From Octopus vulgaris (taxonomy: Eukaryota), in the NCBI GenBank assembly GCA_951406725.2, contig OX597817.1, forward strand, positions 35,836,001-35,900,000: 64,000 nucleotides of DNA, given 5' to 3'. Numbering within the stretch: the first letter of the stretch is position 1; each line of letters opens with the position of its first letter. The translations under genes and the position numbers were made by a program. The notes under the pieces are model-generated. The model had not been told where the DNA came from. It did not search any database and saw only the letters and a program-made list of their open reading frames with translations. Shown in pieces: positions 1 through 14,410 of the stretch.

Positions 1-200
1 AAACCCATATCAGCATGGAAAACAGACATTAAATGATGATGAGGATGAGGATTATGATGATGATGATGATGTATAAATATGCCCATGTGTATGAATATTG
101 TATAATGTCTTTGTATCTCTTCTTGTTTTATGTATAACTTCGTTCTATCCATTCCCATGCATATTGGGACCCCTACGTGTAGGTTTTTATTGTATGCCGA

Positions 201-478
201 AGCCAGTGCCGCCTCGACTGGCTTCCGTGCAGGTGGCACGTAAAATGCACCAATCCGACCGTGGCCGATGCCAGCCTCGCCTGGCACCAGTGCAGATGGC
301 ACATAAAAAGCACCCACTACACTCACGGAGTGGTTGGCGTTAGGAAGGGCATCCAGCTGTAGAAACATTGCCAGATAAGACCGGAGCCTGGTGCAGCCTT
401 CTGGCTTCCCAGATCCCCGGTTGAACCGTCCAACCCATGCTAGCATGGAGAACGGACGTTAAACGATGATGATGATGA
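201..478 (+). mobile_element. RTE LINE 3'UTR fragment (2 modules)
   Basis: Same 3'UTR core and (GAT)n tail. Confidence 0.85.
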
Positions 479-590
479 TAATGACAGGCAGTGGTGTATT
501 AATAAAGATATAATCATCATTATTAATTTTCAAACATTAATATCTGGAGGAAATAGTAATTATGTCTACATTTTTCTTTGCTTTTATTAG

Positions 591-693
591 AGAGAAGTGG
601 TAATATGTATGTTAATGGCAACAGCTGGATATTCCATACTGCAGATAACATACATGATAATGTTAACTATGAAATCATTGAACCAGATTTTAA
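591..693 (+). CDS. Probable internal/penultimate coding exon of an unidentified upstream gene (RSGNMYVNGNSWIFHTADNIHDNVNYEIIEPDF-K)
   Basis: Strong acceptor ttttctttgcttttattag at 590. Open, non-repetitive frame from 593. Donor AA|gtgaga at 693/694 (phase 2) matches the exon at 7559. If unspliced it stops at TGA 695-697. Protein not recognised. Confidence 0.45.
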
Positions 694-1231
694 GTGAGAT
701 TGTTGAATGTCTGTGTTTATGTATGTAAGGAATGTGTACCCATGGAACCTTAATTGTTTTGTTGTGTGATTTCCACAGGAGCAGACATGGCATTGTGGTA
801 AGAAGCTTGCTTCACAATCACATGGTTCTGGGTTCAGTCTCACTGCATGGCACCTTGGGCAAGTGTTTTCTACTATAGCCTCAGGCCAACCAAAGCCCTG
901 TGAGTGGATATGGTAGATGAAAACTGAAAGAAGCCTATTGTATATATGTATATATATGTGTGTGTGTGTGTGTGTTTTACCCACCACCACCACTTGACAA
1001 TCAGTGCTGGTGTTTTTACATCCCTGTAACTTAGCAATTCAGCAAAAGAAATTGATAGAATAAGTACAAAGCTATACAAAAATAAGTACTAGGGTTGATA
1101 CATTCAACTAAAAATTCTTCAAGGCAGTGCTCCAGCATGACCGCAGTCTAATGACTGAAACAAGTAAAAAAATAAAAGATAAAATAACAAATTCTATGTT
1201 ACTACAAAGCAAGTATATTTATACACTAGTA

Positions 1232-1690
1232 TCATCATCATCATCAGCGTTTAATGCCCGTTTTCCATACTGGCATGGATTTGATGGTTTGACTGAGGAC
1301 TAGCAAGCCAGGCTGGCTACACCAGGCGGCTACACCAGGCTCCAATCTGATCTGGCAAAGTTTCTACAGCTGAATGCCCTTCCTAATGCCAACCACTCCG
1401 AGAGTGTAGTGGATACTTTTTATGTGTCACCGGCATGGGAACCAGTTAGGCAACACTGACGTTGACAACACTCGAATGGTGCTTTTTATGTACCACTGGC
1501 ACAAGTGCCAGTCAGGTTGCCCTTAGCATTGGTTATGCTCGAACGGTGCTTTTTACATGCCAGTCAGGTGGCACTGGCATCAGCCATCCTCGAATGGTGC
1601 TCTTTACATGCTACTGGCACAGGAGCCAATCAGGAAGCACTGGGTTCAGCCAGGCTTGAATGGTGCTTTTTATGTGCTAGGCATGGTTAT
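1232..1690 (-). mobile_element. RTE LINE 3'UTR fragment (~5 modules)
   Basis: Tail (ATC)n at 1232; repeated ggtgcttttta..tgccac modules. Confidence 0.85.
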
Positions 1691-2063
1691 ATTAATACAT
1701 ATATTTATACACATATATTTTTGCTTTGTTTTATTCCTTTCTTTTAAATCTATTTTTCTCTGCTAACATTGTTGGAGGCTAACAAGTCAAACTTACAAGT
1801 AGAAACCAAGTTTGAAAAACATACATAATATACTTTGATGAATATATAGAATAATAGTTGCATTTAGGTTTAAAGTTATGACCATGATCTGGCGGTCAGT
1901 AGTGTGACCCCCCCCCACCATATATTTGCATGTATATATATATTAATTTATCTGACATAAATAAGGGTTACACACACACACAGACCACAGCTTCATTTAC
2001 TTGCCCTTGCATGTCAGATGTCTGGGGGTAGGAAATGGCAGTTCAAATATATATAATTTCTGT

Positions 2064-2101
<38 letters not shown>

Positions 2102-2469
2102 TTAACGTCCGCTTTCCATGCTAGCATGGGTTGGACGATTTGACTAAGGACTGGTGAATCAGATGGCTGCACCAGGCTCTAATCTTGATCTGGCAGAGTT
2201 CTACAGCTGGAAGCCCTTCCTAATGCCAACCAATCTGAGAGTGTAGTGGGTGCTTTTACGTGCCACGGGTATGAGGGCCAGTCACGTGGCACTGGCAATG
2301 GCCACAAAAAATCGCGTTTTTTTTTTCTGTTTATCCCACATAAATCAATATATGTACACACACACATACACACACACATGCACACACGCACACACACACG
2401 CACAAAGAAAAGAAATGAAGCAAGTATATTCTACTGAATGTGTAATGTCTGTATCTCTGAAAGACAAAG

Positions 2470-2815
2470 GACAACTGCTCTTTCGCTCTATGGAGAAATC
2501 AGGACACATCCAAATATTGGGTATAAGAGGAATCAGATGAAGTATTCAAGAGAGAAGTCTAAGCTAGTACGGGCATGTGATGTTTATGGAAGATGAGAAT
2601 TGAATAAAGAAGTGCTGAGTGGAAGGAAGCTGAAGAAGAGAGAAATTGAGAGAGACATGGACAGAAGTGGTAGTTAAAGTCAACCTCAGGATGTTGGTTC
2701 CTCTGAATGAGATGACAAGCAACAACCTGCAACATGTGGTGAGATGCAGTATAGGAAAAGGCTTGTTCAACCCAGTCAAGCACAGGATTATGAATGAAAA
2801 ATTATTAATGATGAT
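2470..2815 (+). mobile_element. Degenerate RTE LINE 3' end with (ATG)n tail
   Basis: Remnant YGHVM...ETWTEVV..DLRML...EMT motif followed by the aacccagtcaagca..atgatgatg tail. Confidence 0.6.
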
Positions 2816-3049
2816 GATGATGATGGAGGTGGGGGTGGCATTGATGGTGGCAGTGGTGGTAGTGGTGCTATTGGTGGTGATGATGGTATGTGTGGTGGTG
2901 GTGGTGTTGGTGTTGGCAGTGGTGTTATTGGTGGTGTTGGTGAAGGTGATGATGATGATGATGGTGTATTAAAGAAGAAATTCCAGACTGGGAAACAAAC
3001 CCTAAATTTAAAAAGGCCTTAAAAATTAAATCAGGAAAAAAACAGGACA

Positions 3050-3089
<40 letters not shown>

Positions 3090-3092
<3 letters not shown>

Positions 3093-3290
3093 TGAATTGA
3101 AGAAATGGAGCTGAACGAAGATTGAACAGTCAAATCGTCATTCTTTATTTCAGATTCTACACGTGTTTTCGAAAGGCACAATTTGGAGAAATCTATATCT
3201 AATGTTGACTGTCCCTTTCGTGATTGAATAATGAGACCATAATTGTTCTTTAATCTTCAGGAAGAAATATCAATTTCCGTTGGATATTAT
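3090..3290 (-). mobile_element. Penelope-type terminal fragment in (TA)n with hammerhead-like core
   Basis: TTC-CTGAAGA (3260-3254)...long stem II...C-GAAAAC-ACGT-GTA-GAA; palindromic ACACGTGT stem III; one extra A in the core. Confidence 0.5.
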
Positions 3291-3363
3291 AAATATATAA
3301 ATATATATATATATATATATAAAATAAATATAATATATTTATATATAATATTTATATATTTAA

Positions 3364-3468
<105 letters not shown>

Positions 3469-4908
3469 TTATATATATATTATATATATATATATATGTA
3501 TATATATATGTATATAGACATATAAATATGTGCATGTATAACGTGTGTGTGTATATATATATATATACACACACACGTTATACATACACATATTTATATG
3601 TCTGTATATATATATACACACACACATGTTATACATACACATATTTATATGTCTGTATACATATATATGTGTACATGTAGTGACTTAAATGGCTAAAAAT
3701 AACACATTTTCTTTATGTGTCATAACTTAGTCAATGCTGCAGTGCAAGAGAGCACTTGGGAAACTGAGTTTAAAAACAGTAGCTTCAATTCTTTCCTTTA
3801 ACTTCCTACTTCCTCTCTTTTCACACACAGTCACTTTTTTTCTTCTTTGAAACCACTCATGCTAGTTACAATATACTCTATTCATCACACTTGCATACTT
3901 GCCCAAAATAACCAAGCAACTAAAATATTGATTGATGCTACAATACTGAGCTGACAATTATTGTATATTGTTCCATATATTCTCAGAAAATGTTTAAAAA
4001 TTTATCTCAATTATGTATAAAATTAACTTTGATCTGCTATCAGAGAAGTGGCTCTGATCAATATGCAGAAAAAGTAGGAATTCTGTTGTATATATTGAAT
4101 GTAATCTAAAAGTGCACAAAAGATGTAATGGAATAACAGACTGGTTGACAGAGAAGTCTTCATATACATATAATGCAATAAATTTTCAAATGCTCAAATG
4201 GCTTCTCAGAAGCAGTTTTTAGCTTCTGTTGCCTTAGTCTTCATTAGTTGGGGAGGCAGGAGCCCTGAAAGCATGGCAGCCAAAGTATGGTAGCCAAATT
4301 ATAATTTCAAACAGATATAGCATGTAAAAGTAGATTTACAACAAAGAAACAAATTAATATATACATATAAATACTTATATGTATGTATATATGGATATGT
4401 ATAGGTGTATTGATTAACTTGGCTAAAAATAAGATACGTTGGCTTTATATGTCAGAACTTAGCCAATACCATAGTACAAGACGGCACTTAGAAAACTGTT
4501 TGCAACATGGTATTTTTAGTTATTTCTTTTGATTTGCATTGCCAATACTTTCTAATACTAAGAACAGCACAACTCCCCCATGTCAGTTTCTTTGGGGCTG
4601 GATTAAGACCCATAGAGGCCCGAAACACTTAAAGGATCTTGGTGCCCCCATATATGTAATTCAAGATGTAAACAATACTAAACCATAAAATAAAATTTTA
4701 ATTTTCAAAATGAAACAAAGCTAACAGTAAGATTGGAAACAAATATTTATCTTTGCATACTTGTACATTATTTATATTTGAGAAGTTTTCTCTTACGTTT
4801 TTCTTATTGCAAAGTCTTTGATCTGATCCTCACTATGATACCATAAACACTTTGAAATTATATTTCCAATCATTTAAACCACTTTGAATATTATTTTAGC
4901 AAGTTTAA

Positions 4909-5118
4909 CCCCTTGGCATTCAGATTACTTTGTCAAGTGTAATACTTATTTATTCACATTGCTTTGAATTAATTGTATATTATCTTGTGGCTTGGAAATT
5001 TCAATGATGTGATTGTATATTTTTAGAATGTCATTGTAGGGTAGGTGTGAGAAGCCAAATCTGGCCAGTTTGAATATAAAACAAGTAGAATATTAGGGTC
5101 GGTTTAAATGCTAAAGAG
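4909..5118. mobile_element. Second piggyBac-type MITE family, nested in a hAT-like MITE (~4595-5227); related copies ~14740-14930 and ~47948-48175
   Basis: TTAA TSD; CCCTT.GCATT / AATGCTAAAGAG termini; host TIR GCTGGATTAA / TTAATCCAG. Confidence 0.75.
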
Positions 5119-6465
5119 TTAAAGTGATTTCTTTTGTTCCTTAAACCATTTACCTTTTCTGTGGCGCCCTGCTTACTTTGATGCCCTAAGCACTGGCATA
5201 TTTTTCTAAATGGTTAATCCAGTGCTGTACCTCCTCCTTTCTCATGCACATTCACAATTTTTTTCAAAACCACTCATGCTAGTTACAATATACTCTATTC
5301 ATCACACTTGCATATTTTCCCAAAATAACCAAGTAACTTAAATATTGGTCGCTACCATAACACCTAAGTGACAATTACTGTATGTTGTTTAACATATTTT
5401 TTCCGCATAACCTGAAAATTTTAAAATAAAATATTTGAATTATGTATAAAAATAGTTTTGAATCTCCACCTTAATACTATCTTCATTTTAATCTAGCTAA
5501 ATACAAACCTATCATGGAATCTTATTTTATTTCTACTTCTAACCAATTTAAAAATTTTACTTGCATTTTAACATTTGTTTTTTCTTCTGTATTTTAAGAT
5601 AGTTAAACAACCCAAATATTTTTTTCTCCTTTTAAAATTGTTAAAAATCTAAAATATTTTCCTTTCTCTCATTTCAGATGTTTACATGTTTGAGCAACAA
5701 TCAACATGAGACTGCTGTTTAGTGCATATTTTTTTGATAAATTCAAATATAATACACAATCTAAGAAAAGAAGAAAAAAGATATGACCAAACTGAGAAGT
5801 CTTTTTGTGAGAGAAGAAACCTACTATTAGCCGAAACCTACTATTAGTTAATACAACTGATGACGTCCATACATTATTTATTGTTATAACTTTTATATAA
5901 TACAAACTAGCCAGAAAAATGAAGCATTGAATTACCAAGCCATATTTCATGTGTTTGGATATACTACAGATATTTTGTTGGATTTCTTAACTGAAAAATT
6001 ACTTTATAATGTATATATCTTAGTTCACAGAGATGTCAGGAATATGTGTACAGAAAAAAACACAAAAAAAAAAAAAAAAAAAAAAAACAACAAAAATCCT
6101 TTGGAACATTTACAATTATTGATAAACTTTATGCTTGCTTAGAACAAGCAACATGAAACAATTTTGATGTATCACTTTATAGGAGATATGACTCGGTATA
6201 TTACTTAGCTTCTCTTGGTTACTAGAAAGAAGTTTGTCTTCAACTTCATCATTGATTCTTTTTGTTGAAACTGGTTGATCAATGTTCAAAGGCTAACATA
6301 ATTTGTGACAATCATACAATAATGCAACAATACTGTTGCACATGTTGTATAATAGAGAATTATATGTATGTGTGTGTGAGAGCATATTATAAATGTGTGT
6401 TGTGTATATATGTCTATATACATTCCAGTATGTCTTCATGTATGTGAGTGTGTGCATACACACAT

Positions 6466-6505
<40 letters not shown>

Positions 6506-6614
6506 CTGTATAATAATGAAATGATTGTGATATATATATATATATGTAATTTTTTTGATTACTGGTATATGACAATCAGTGTGTTGAGTAAAGCATGATC
6601 ACAGTTTGGGTTAC

Positions 6615-6674
<60 letters not shown>

Positions 6675-6763
6675 TATATGTGTATATATATATATATATA
6701 CATACATACATTATATTATTTATATTATTATTTAATTGAATGCTACGCATCCATTTCCAAGTA

Positions 6764-6837
<74 letters not shown>

Positions 6838-6896
6838 CATACATTATATTATTTATATTATTATTTAATTGAATGGTACGCATCCATTTCCAAGTA

Positions 6897-6972
<76 letters not shown>

Positions 6973-7189
6973 CGAGGGGGTGCTGAAAAGTTTCTGGCTT
7001 TGGGTAAAAGAAAAAAACAGGAGATCAGTTAATCATGGTTTTATTCAATATAGTTCCCTCTCAGTTTCACACATTTATTGCAGTGGTCCTTCAGTTTTTC
7101 TAAGCCCTGTAAAACAACTCAGAAGTTTGGACCTTCAACCAGGCCTTTCATAATACACTTTAAGCCAGGAACATTTCAGTATCCCCTTG
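6973..7189. mobile_element. mariner-type MITE; second copy at 18390-18607
   Basis: TIR CGAGGGGGTGCTGAAAAGTTYCTGGCTT; both copies sit in TA-rich microsatellite. Confidence 0.85.
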
Positions 7190-7199
7190 TGTGTGCATA

Positions 7200-7244
<45 letters not shown>

Positions 7245-7558
7245 TATTTTATCATCTGAAAAATTCAGTCATTGCAATATAAGCATGACTGTTTTCACAC
7301 ACACAGGTTCCATTACTATTTTTCCTTTTTCCTTCCTGTATGTGATGCTTACCAGAAATGTGGTTCTCAATTTGAATTGCAATATGGTGTAAACTAATGC
7401 TTGATTCGTTTAGTTTTGTGATAGTTCTATATCCCTTGGTTTCATCTACTTAAATTATCCTCAACTCATTCTTCACTGAAAAACACATCATATTACATAA
7501 AAATTTGTAAAACAATCAATCAAACATAACATATTTTCAAATATATTATATTTTATAG

Positions 7559-7631
7559 GCCTCTATTATCCCTCACTGTCGAGATAGAAGGTAAAAAATA
7601 TTCCAGATTACAAGAAACCACATTAGTTTGA
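7559..7631 (+). CDS. Probable terminal coding exon of the same upstream gene (K-PLLSLTVEIEGKKYSRLQETTLV*)
   Basis: Acceptor tttattattttatag at 7558. Phase-2 compatible with 591-693. TGA at 7629-7631. The C-terminus T-L-V fits a class I PDZ-binding motif. An internal AAG|gtaaaa donor at 7590 is an alternative. Confidence 0.4.
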
Positions 7632-7709
7632 TTTCATCATTTTCATGAACTGAAATTTTGAGCTGGAGTATGGAAACAAAATCTGTAAGAGCCTGACTCA
7701 TTGATTTAA

Positions 7710-10700
7710 CTATCACAGCTTTTAGCCCTCCCTGACCAAACTCCTCACTATTATAATAACCCTTTACTTTTCTAAACAGCAGTGTGTAATGAGCTTTAAC
7801 TATCCCTCATTCCTTAAACCAGCACTAAATAGATTGAACTTGATAATCAATATATGTGGTGAAACTTGATTAGTTACCACTGACTAAGATATTATAAACG
7901 CAATGAGGTTGACCTTAACCAGTAAGTTTAAAATGAAACTTAACAAGCCATCACTGAGAAATTCTCATTACTGTATATCAATCAGGTCTTAAGCACCATT
8001 TTATACTGAACTACAACATATTCTTGAAGATAAAACTGTCATTCTATGAAGAAACCGGGACAATATCAATTTTACTTCTTTTGTCAGACTATATAAGCCT
8101 AGCATTATAAATCAACATTATAAAATTAACCAAACTTAGATCCGAATAACTGAATAAGCCTTATCTAGTCATCACTTATATATTTACTTATATATATTTA
8201 TTTAACCTTGACTTCATTTAAGAAACTAATACAGCTGCTATGTTGCAATGAATGTGATAAACTTAACGGTATAATGATCTTTATGAAATGACTAACGTGT
8301 CTCACCTATTATTGTAAATTCCTCTTTGCTAATTAATCACAGTATAATAATTCTAAACCCTCATATCACAAAAGAACTGATTACAAGACAATAAATCATT
8401 CCTCGCCACCACTATATAATTTCTATATCATATTCACCATTTTATAATATACAGATCCTACCTATCATGCTAAAATTAATCTCAACTAGTCCTCACTGTA
8501 TAATAATTTTCCCTTCACCATCACTGCATAATGTATCACTCCTAACCATTACAGTATATTAAATATCTCATGCTCATTACAGTTAAATGAATTTCTCCTT
8601 GGCATCATTATAAATAAGTCTCTCCTAATCATCACTGTATAATGAATCCATTCCAGACATCAGTGTATAATTTGTATTATCATCACTATATAATCTCTAT
8701 TATTTATCATTTACCATATAATGAATATCTCCTAGCCATCACTACATTATATATCTCTCCTAGTCAACACTGTATAATGAGACATGTCTCACTATCTTAG
8801 CATAATATAATGTTGACTTAGCCATTGTTGTATAACAGATACAAGCATGATTGAGTGGTTAAATTTGCTTCACAGGCCCATGGTTTTAGATTTAATCCTA
8901 CAGTGAAGAATCTTTTGCAAGTGTCTTCTACTATAATGTCAGGTCAACCAAAGCCTTAATGGAATTTGGTATAGAGAAACTATGTGGAATCATGTTGGAG
9001 TGATTGTTCTTGTTCTTGGCTGGTAAACATAATTTCTCGACCTGGTTTAAGACCATTATCTAGCTCTAGGGTACCTGTAGTAAAGTCCACTCAGTTTTAA
9101 GCATTCAAACTGTCTGTATGATCTGAGGAGAATTTCTTCTTTTCTTTTTACCAGTTATGGAGATTCTGAAGATGTCATGAGTATCCAATTCCTTCCTTTA
9201 TTCTCTTCTTCCAATGAAATCATTGAAAAAGAAAAGAGTTAACCTTCCCTTTCTATCATTGTATCATGCACCTATACCATCTGACAATATATATTGAACC
9301 TAACCTAGCCATCATCCTATAACAAGAATACTATATGCATTGATTTGTGAAGCCATCTCTTATTAATAAACCATCCTTTGCCATTATTAAGTAATAAATT
9401 TGACCTACTCATCGATGTATAACAAAGTTTACCGAGGATTCACTGTACAAGAATCTGACCTGTTCATTATTTTATGTAGTTATTATTGTATAATGAGGCT
9501 GTCCAAGTCATAAAGGACCTAACGAAGCCATCAATATACAATGAAATTTATTGAGTCATTACTTAATAAGGAATCTCTTCAAGCCATCACAGTATAATGA
9601 AACTAACCAAACTTCCACTATCTAATGAATCTTGTATAATCATGTAAACTGAAGCTGCCCCAATCCCTAATAATTACATAACTAGTAGAACCCGTGTAAA
9701 TTGCATGGAATGGAAAAAAAATTAAGGGGACCTATTTACGAAAGAAACTAAACTTTAAAGCAACACTTTCCCTTAAACTACTTGTCACAGTGAATGATAT
9801 TTCCCAAAATTGAACACCATTTATGACTTAGCCATCAGTGAATGATGAATCCAATAAAGCCATCACTGTATAATTTATCAAAGCCATCACTTTATAATGA
9901 ACATAACCAAGCCATCAATATGTAATGAAGCTTTTCTGACCATCACTATTATAGTTTAACAGTTGCTATATCAAATATACACACAAGTGATATTTTCACT
10001 CTGTCAAAGCTTTGTAAAACTTCTCTTGCAGCTAGCTCATATTATCTGTGTATAGTTCTTCAGTTGTATATTCTGTGTTGTTGCACTTTATACCTGCTTC
10101 ATGCCATAATATAGAAAGAAAGGATGAAGGCCAGTAACTTGCCATCGAACCACACACACATACATAAACACATAGTTATTTTAGCAAACACTGTGATTAC
10201 TAAAATCTGGATCTAGATGTCACACCAACGAAATACCACTGATGTATAAAGCATCACCTTCGGCTAAACTGTCAGTCTGCAAGATTTAGCCATCACTGGA
10301 TGATAAATCCAATTTCAACCATCACTGTATTATGAGCCTGGCTTAACCCTCCTGTATAATATATTTGACACACATTTCTGTATAGAAAACCTGGCTAATC
10401 ACTCACTTCAATATAAACTCAAGATAGCCATTGATGTAATATGAACCATCCTAGCCCTCAACATATAATGAACAAGCCCTACTATCATTCATAACGAAGC
10501 TGATCTATTCCCCACTGTACAATATATGTCCTAGCTAGCATCATAAAAAGAATCTAACCAACTGTTATTGTATAATGAAACTGGCTTGGTAGTCATTGTC
10601 CAATATATGTCATAATCACCATATAATAATTCTAACCTACTAATACTGTTTAATGAAACTGACTTAATCCTCTGAACATTATATATATACTCAGCCTTCA

Positions 10701-13700
10701 CTTTATAATCAATCTTTTCTAGCCACTGCTGAAAATTGGATCCATCCTAGGAATCATTGTATAACATTTATATCAGATGCATCATGACATTATGGATCTT
10801 TCCTTGCAGTGACCTTAAAATAAAGCAGTGTTACTAATTACTACATAATGAAGCTCTTTTAGTGATCACTCATCATCATCATCATCGCTTCATGTCCGTT
10901 TTCCATGCTAGCATGGGTTGGACAGTACGACTGGGGTCTTGGAAGCCAGGAGGCTGCACCAGGCTCCAGTTCAATCTGGCAGTGTTTCTACAACTGGATG
11001 CCCTTCCTAACGCCAACCACTCCATGAGTGTAGTGGGTGCTTTTTATGTGCCACCAGCACAGGTGCCAGGGGAGGCTGGCAATGGCCACGATCAGTTGGT
11101 GCTTTTTATGTGCCAATAAAAATGAACCATTTATTGTTGTATAACAAATTCCACTGAATCATTACAATATAACAAACCTCTCCTGCTTATTATACAATTA
11201 TCTCTCTCTCTTAACACTGTATAATGGAACTCTCCTAGCCATCAATCTACATTGTGATCAGTATTTTATGAACCTGAGTATACTGTCACTGCATAATGAA
11301 TCTCTCCTATATATGACTCAATAATGAACCTTTGCTAACAATCACTGTATAAAAAGAATCCATCCTTGCCGTCACCATAGAATGAAGTTCTCTGACTTAT
11401 CAGTACATATTAAATCTCTTTGAGCCATCACTATATAATGTATATCCTATTCATTTCTCCAAGCCATCATTTTAAACTCTCCCAGTGAAACTGACCTCTG
11501 TCATAGTTATTGACCTCGGTATGAATTTATAACAAAATGAACTTAGCCATCATTAGATAATGAATATGATATACATAGCAATTTGTGAAGCCACAACTTG
11601 AAAATGAACCGTCCTAGCTTATATTTTATATTTTTTAATGAACCTGATCTAGCCATCACTTAATGGTAAACTTATGCTTGTCATAAGTACATAAAAAAAA
11701 AGCTCACCTAGTCATCATTTATAAAAGACCCAACTAAGCCATCAATGTTTAATAAAGTTAATTAGTCATCACTTTATAATGAATCCCTCTGATACATCAC
11801 TGCATGAAAAACTTTGACCTAACTATCTCTATCCAATGAGCCTGATGTAACCATGTCAAATGAAAATTCATCACCACCACCACCACCACCACCACCACCA
11901 TCATCACCATCACCATCATCCCCCCACCCCACCATCATCATCACTTTCACTGACCTCTTTTTCATGTTTGCATGGGTCAGACAAAGTCTGCCGAGGCAAA
12001 TATTTTTACAATTGGATTGCCTCTTCCTGTTGCTAACCATCATCTGTTTCTAATCAAGGTAATATTTCTCCATAGCCAGACATGTTCTCATAGAATATTG
12101 GAAATGAATGACACTGCTTGTATGACAGTGGCACTCATTTACAACTATCACATGATATCAAGATAAGGAGACAAAACCACACATGTATTCATAGTCACCT
12201 CCCCCCATACACACACATATGCATGCATGCAAATACACATACACGATGGAATTCAGTTTTCATCTACCATATGCATGCACAAAGCTTTAGTTGGGTTATA
12301 GCAGTAGATACTTGCCCAAGGTGCCTCACAGTAGGATTGAACCCAGAACCATGTGGTTGGGATAACAAATTTCTTAACCATGCAACCATGCCTGCATCTA
12401 TCAATTCTACAATAAACTTAATCTAGCCATTAATGCATAATGAAACTGACCTAATCGTCATTATATAATAATCCTGGTAAAACCATTTTTATATAAGAAA
12501 TTTAATATGTAGTAAAATTATCCTGAAAAGTCACAATACCATAAGATAAACACTGAAAAGCATAACGTGCACTTCATTAATTATGTATCTTGTGCTGTAT
12601 CAATTTATCCTGGCTTGAAAGTATAATATAATGATATATTATGAAAGCTGATATCTTGTCATCTGACCACACACTTAGTTTTTTTTAAGCAACTGATGTG
12701 ATTATTGAAATACAGAGCTAGCCTTAACACCAGTGAAATGTCATTGAGCTGTATAACACCACTTTCACTTAAGCTGCTTGTCACAGTTGATGATATTTCT
12801 CTGAGCTGGACTCCATTTAACAACTTCACAATCAATTTATGATAAACCTGACAAAGCCCTCACTTTATAATGAACATAGCCAAATCATCACTATAACATG
12901 AAGCTGGTCTGGCCATCACTGTATAATCATCCTAGTCTGTCATAAACTATAAGAAACTTGAATTATCAATCGTAGTACCGCTGTAACATATCCAGAAATA
13001 CAGACAGCAAAATTAATCATTAATGTAATATTTTAATAATTATTATATCAAACATACACACAAGTAATATTTTTACTCTTTCGAAGCTTTGTAAAACTTC
13101 TGTTGCAGCTAGCTCATATTAACGGTGTATAGCTCTTCAGTTGTGTATTCTTTGTTGCTGCACTTTATATCTGCTTCATGCTATAATATAGAAGTAAATA
13201 CTGAAGGCCAGTAACTTGCCACCAGATCTCACACACATACATAATTATTTTAGCAAATACTGTGATTACTAAAATCTGGATCTAGACTTCCCACCAACGA
13301 AATATCACTGATGTATAAAGCATCACTTTTAGTTAAACTGCCAGTCTGCATGATTTAGCCAACACTGGATGATAAGTCCATTTTTAACCATCAGTGTATT
13401 ATGAATCTGGCTTAATCCTCCTGTATGATATATCTGACACATATTTCTGTGTAGAAATCTGGTTAATCGCCCAAGGTAATCAGAACCCTATGTAGCTATT
13501 AATGTGATATGAACCGTCCCAGCCATCATTGTATGATGAACCTGCACTGCCCTACTTTGCACTATAAAACTTGACCCTGTTATTTCTGCACAATGAAACT
13601 GACCTTGTCCTCACTGCACAATATATGTCCTAGTCATCACCATCCAATGATCTAGTCAACTTTTACCTTGTAACGAAGCTGACCAAGTCATCTTTGTACA

Positions 13701-14410
13701 ATATATATCCTAGTTGTCCCTATAAGATGAGTCTAATATGTTGTCACTGTATAATAGAGCTCGTATTTTCATCACTTAGCACTATGTCATAGTTACCACC
13801 ATATAATGAACCTCTCCTAGTCATCACTCTACAATAAATCTCTCCCAGTCATCACAGTAGAATTAATCAACCTCACAGTACAATGAATCTCATTGAACTA
13901 TTAATGTGTAATGAACCTATCCATGCTGTTACTGTACAATGAAGCTTACCTAGTCACAACCAAGTATTGAACCTCTCCAACTCATCCCTGTATTATAGCA
14001 ATTATCCAGGTCATTCCTGAATAATAAATTTCTCCTAGCCATTCATGTATGGTAAACCTACCCAATTCATAATTGTATTATTAATATACCACCCTGTTAA
14101 TGTGTAATATTTGTCAGAATTTTTGATGTTATTTGAAATTGTATTCTATTTAAAATTAACACTTTGATTGCTGTTACAACATTTTATATATAATTTTCTG
14201 TAGATTTATATTTACTTCTTTTTTCAAACAGATATCAGTTTAAAATGAAATTCAAAACAACTGAGCTCCCCTACTCTCTTTCTCCCTCTTTATATTTTAT
14301 CATCAATACTAAATTAAAAGCATTATTATATTAACTAGAATCCACAGAATAAATATTTACAACCAACTAAAATCACTGTATAATGAATGTCTTCTTGTCA
14401 TCACTGTATA
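7710..14410 (+). repeat. Ancient degenerate tandem array, 28-nt unit, consensus ~CTAGCCATCACTGTATAATGAA(TCTCTC/ACTGAC)
   Basis: Consecutive 28-nt units at 13801-13856, 8620-8780, 11210-11440 and 9830-9950. Interrupted by SINE/LINE insertions and an internal duplication. Confidence 0.85.
9760..13530 (+). repeat. Internal direct duplication: ~9760-10470 repeated at ~12755-13530
   Basis: Long shared blocks, e.g. aagctttgtaaaacttct..gcagctagctcatatta and actgtgattactaaaatctggatctaga. Confidence 0.9.

Noticed and set aside
201-330. RTE 3'UTR module as a twister, HDV-like or pistol ribozyme
   Set aside because: The conserved catalytic nucleotides and stem order of those classes could not be found; reported only as hairpin + pseudoknot.
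9967-10140. Duplicated minus-strand exon (YELAAREVLQSFDRVKI / YELAATEVLQSFERVKI)
   Set aside because: In-frame TAA immediately upstream in both copies and no usable acceptor.
7710-14410. 28-nt array as CRISPR, as a coding repeat, or as a C2H2-ZNF array (3x28 = 84 nt)
   Set aside because: Eukaryotic context, 'spacers' only ~6 nt, no cas genes. The period is not a multiple of 3, frames are full of stops, and there is no TGEKP/CxxC pattern.
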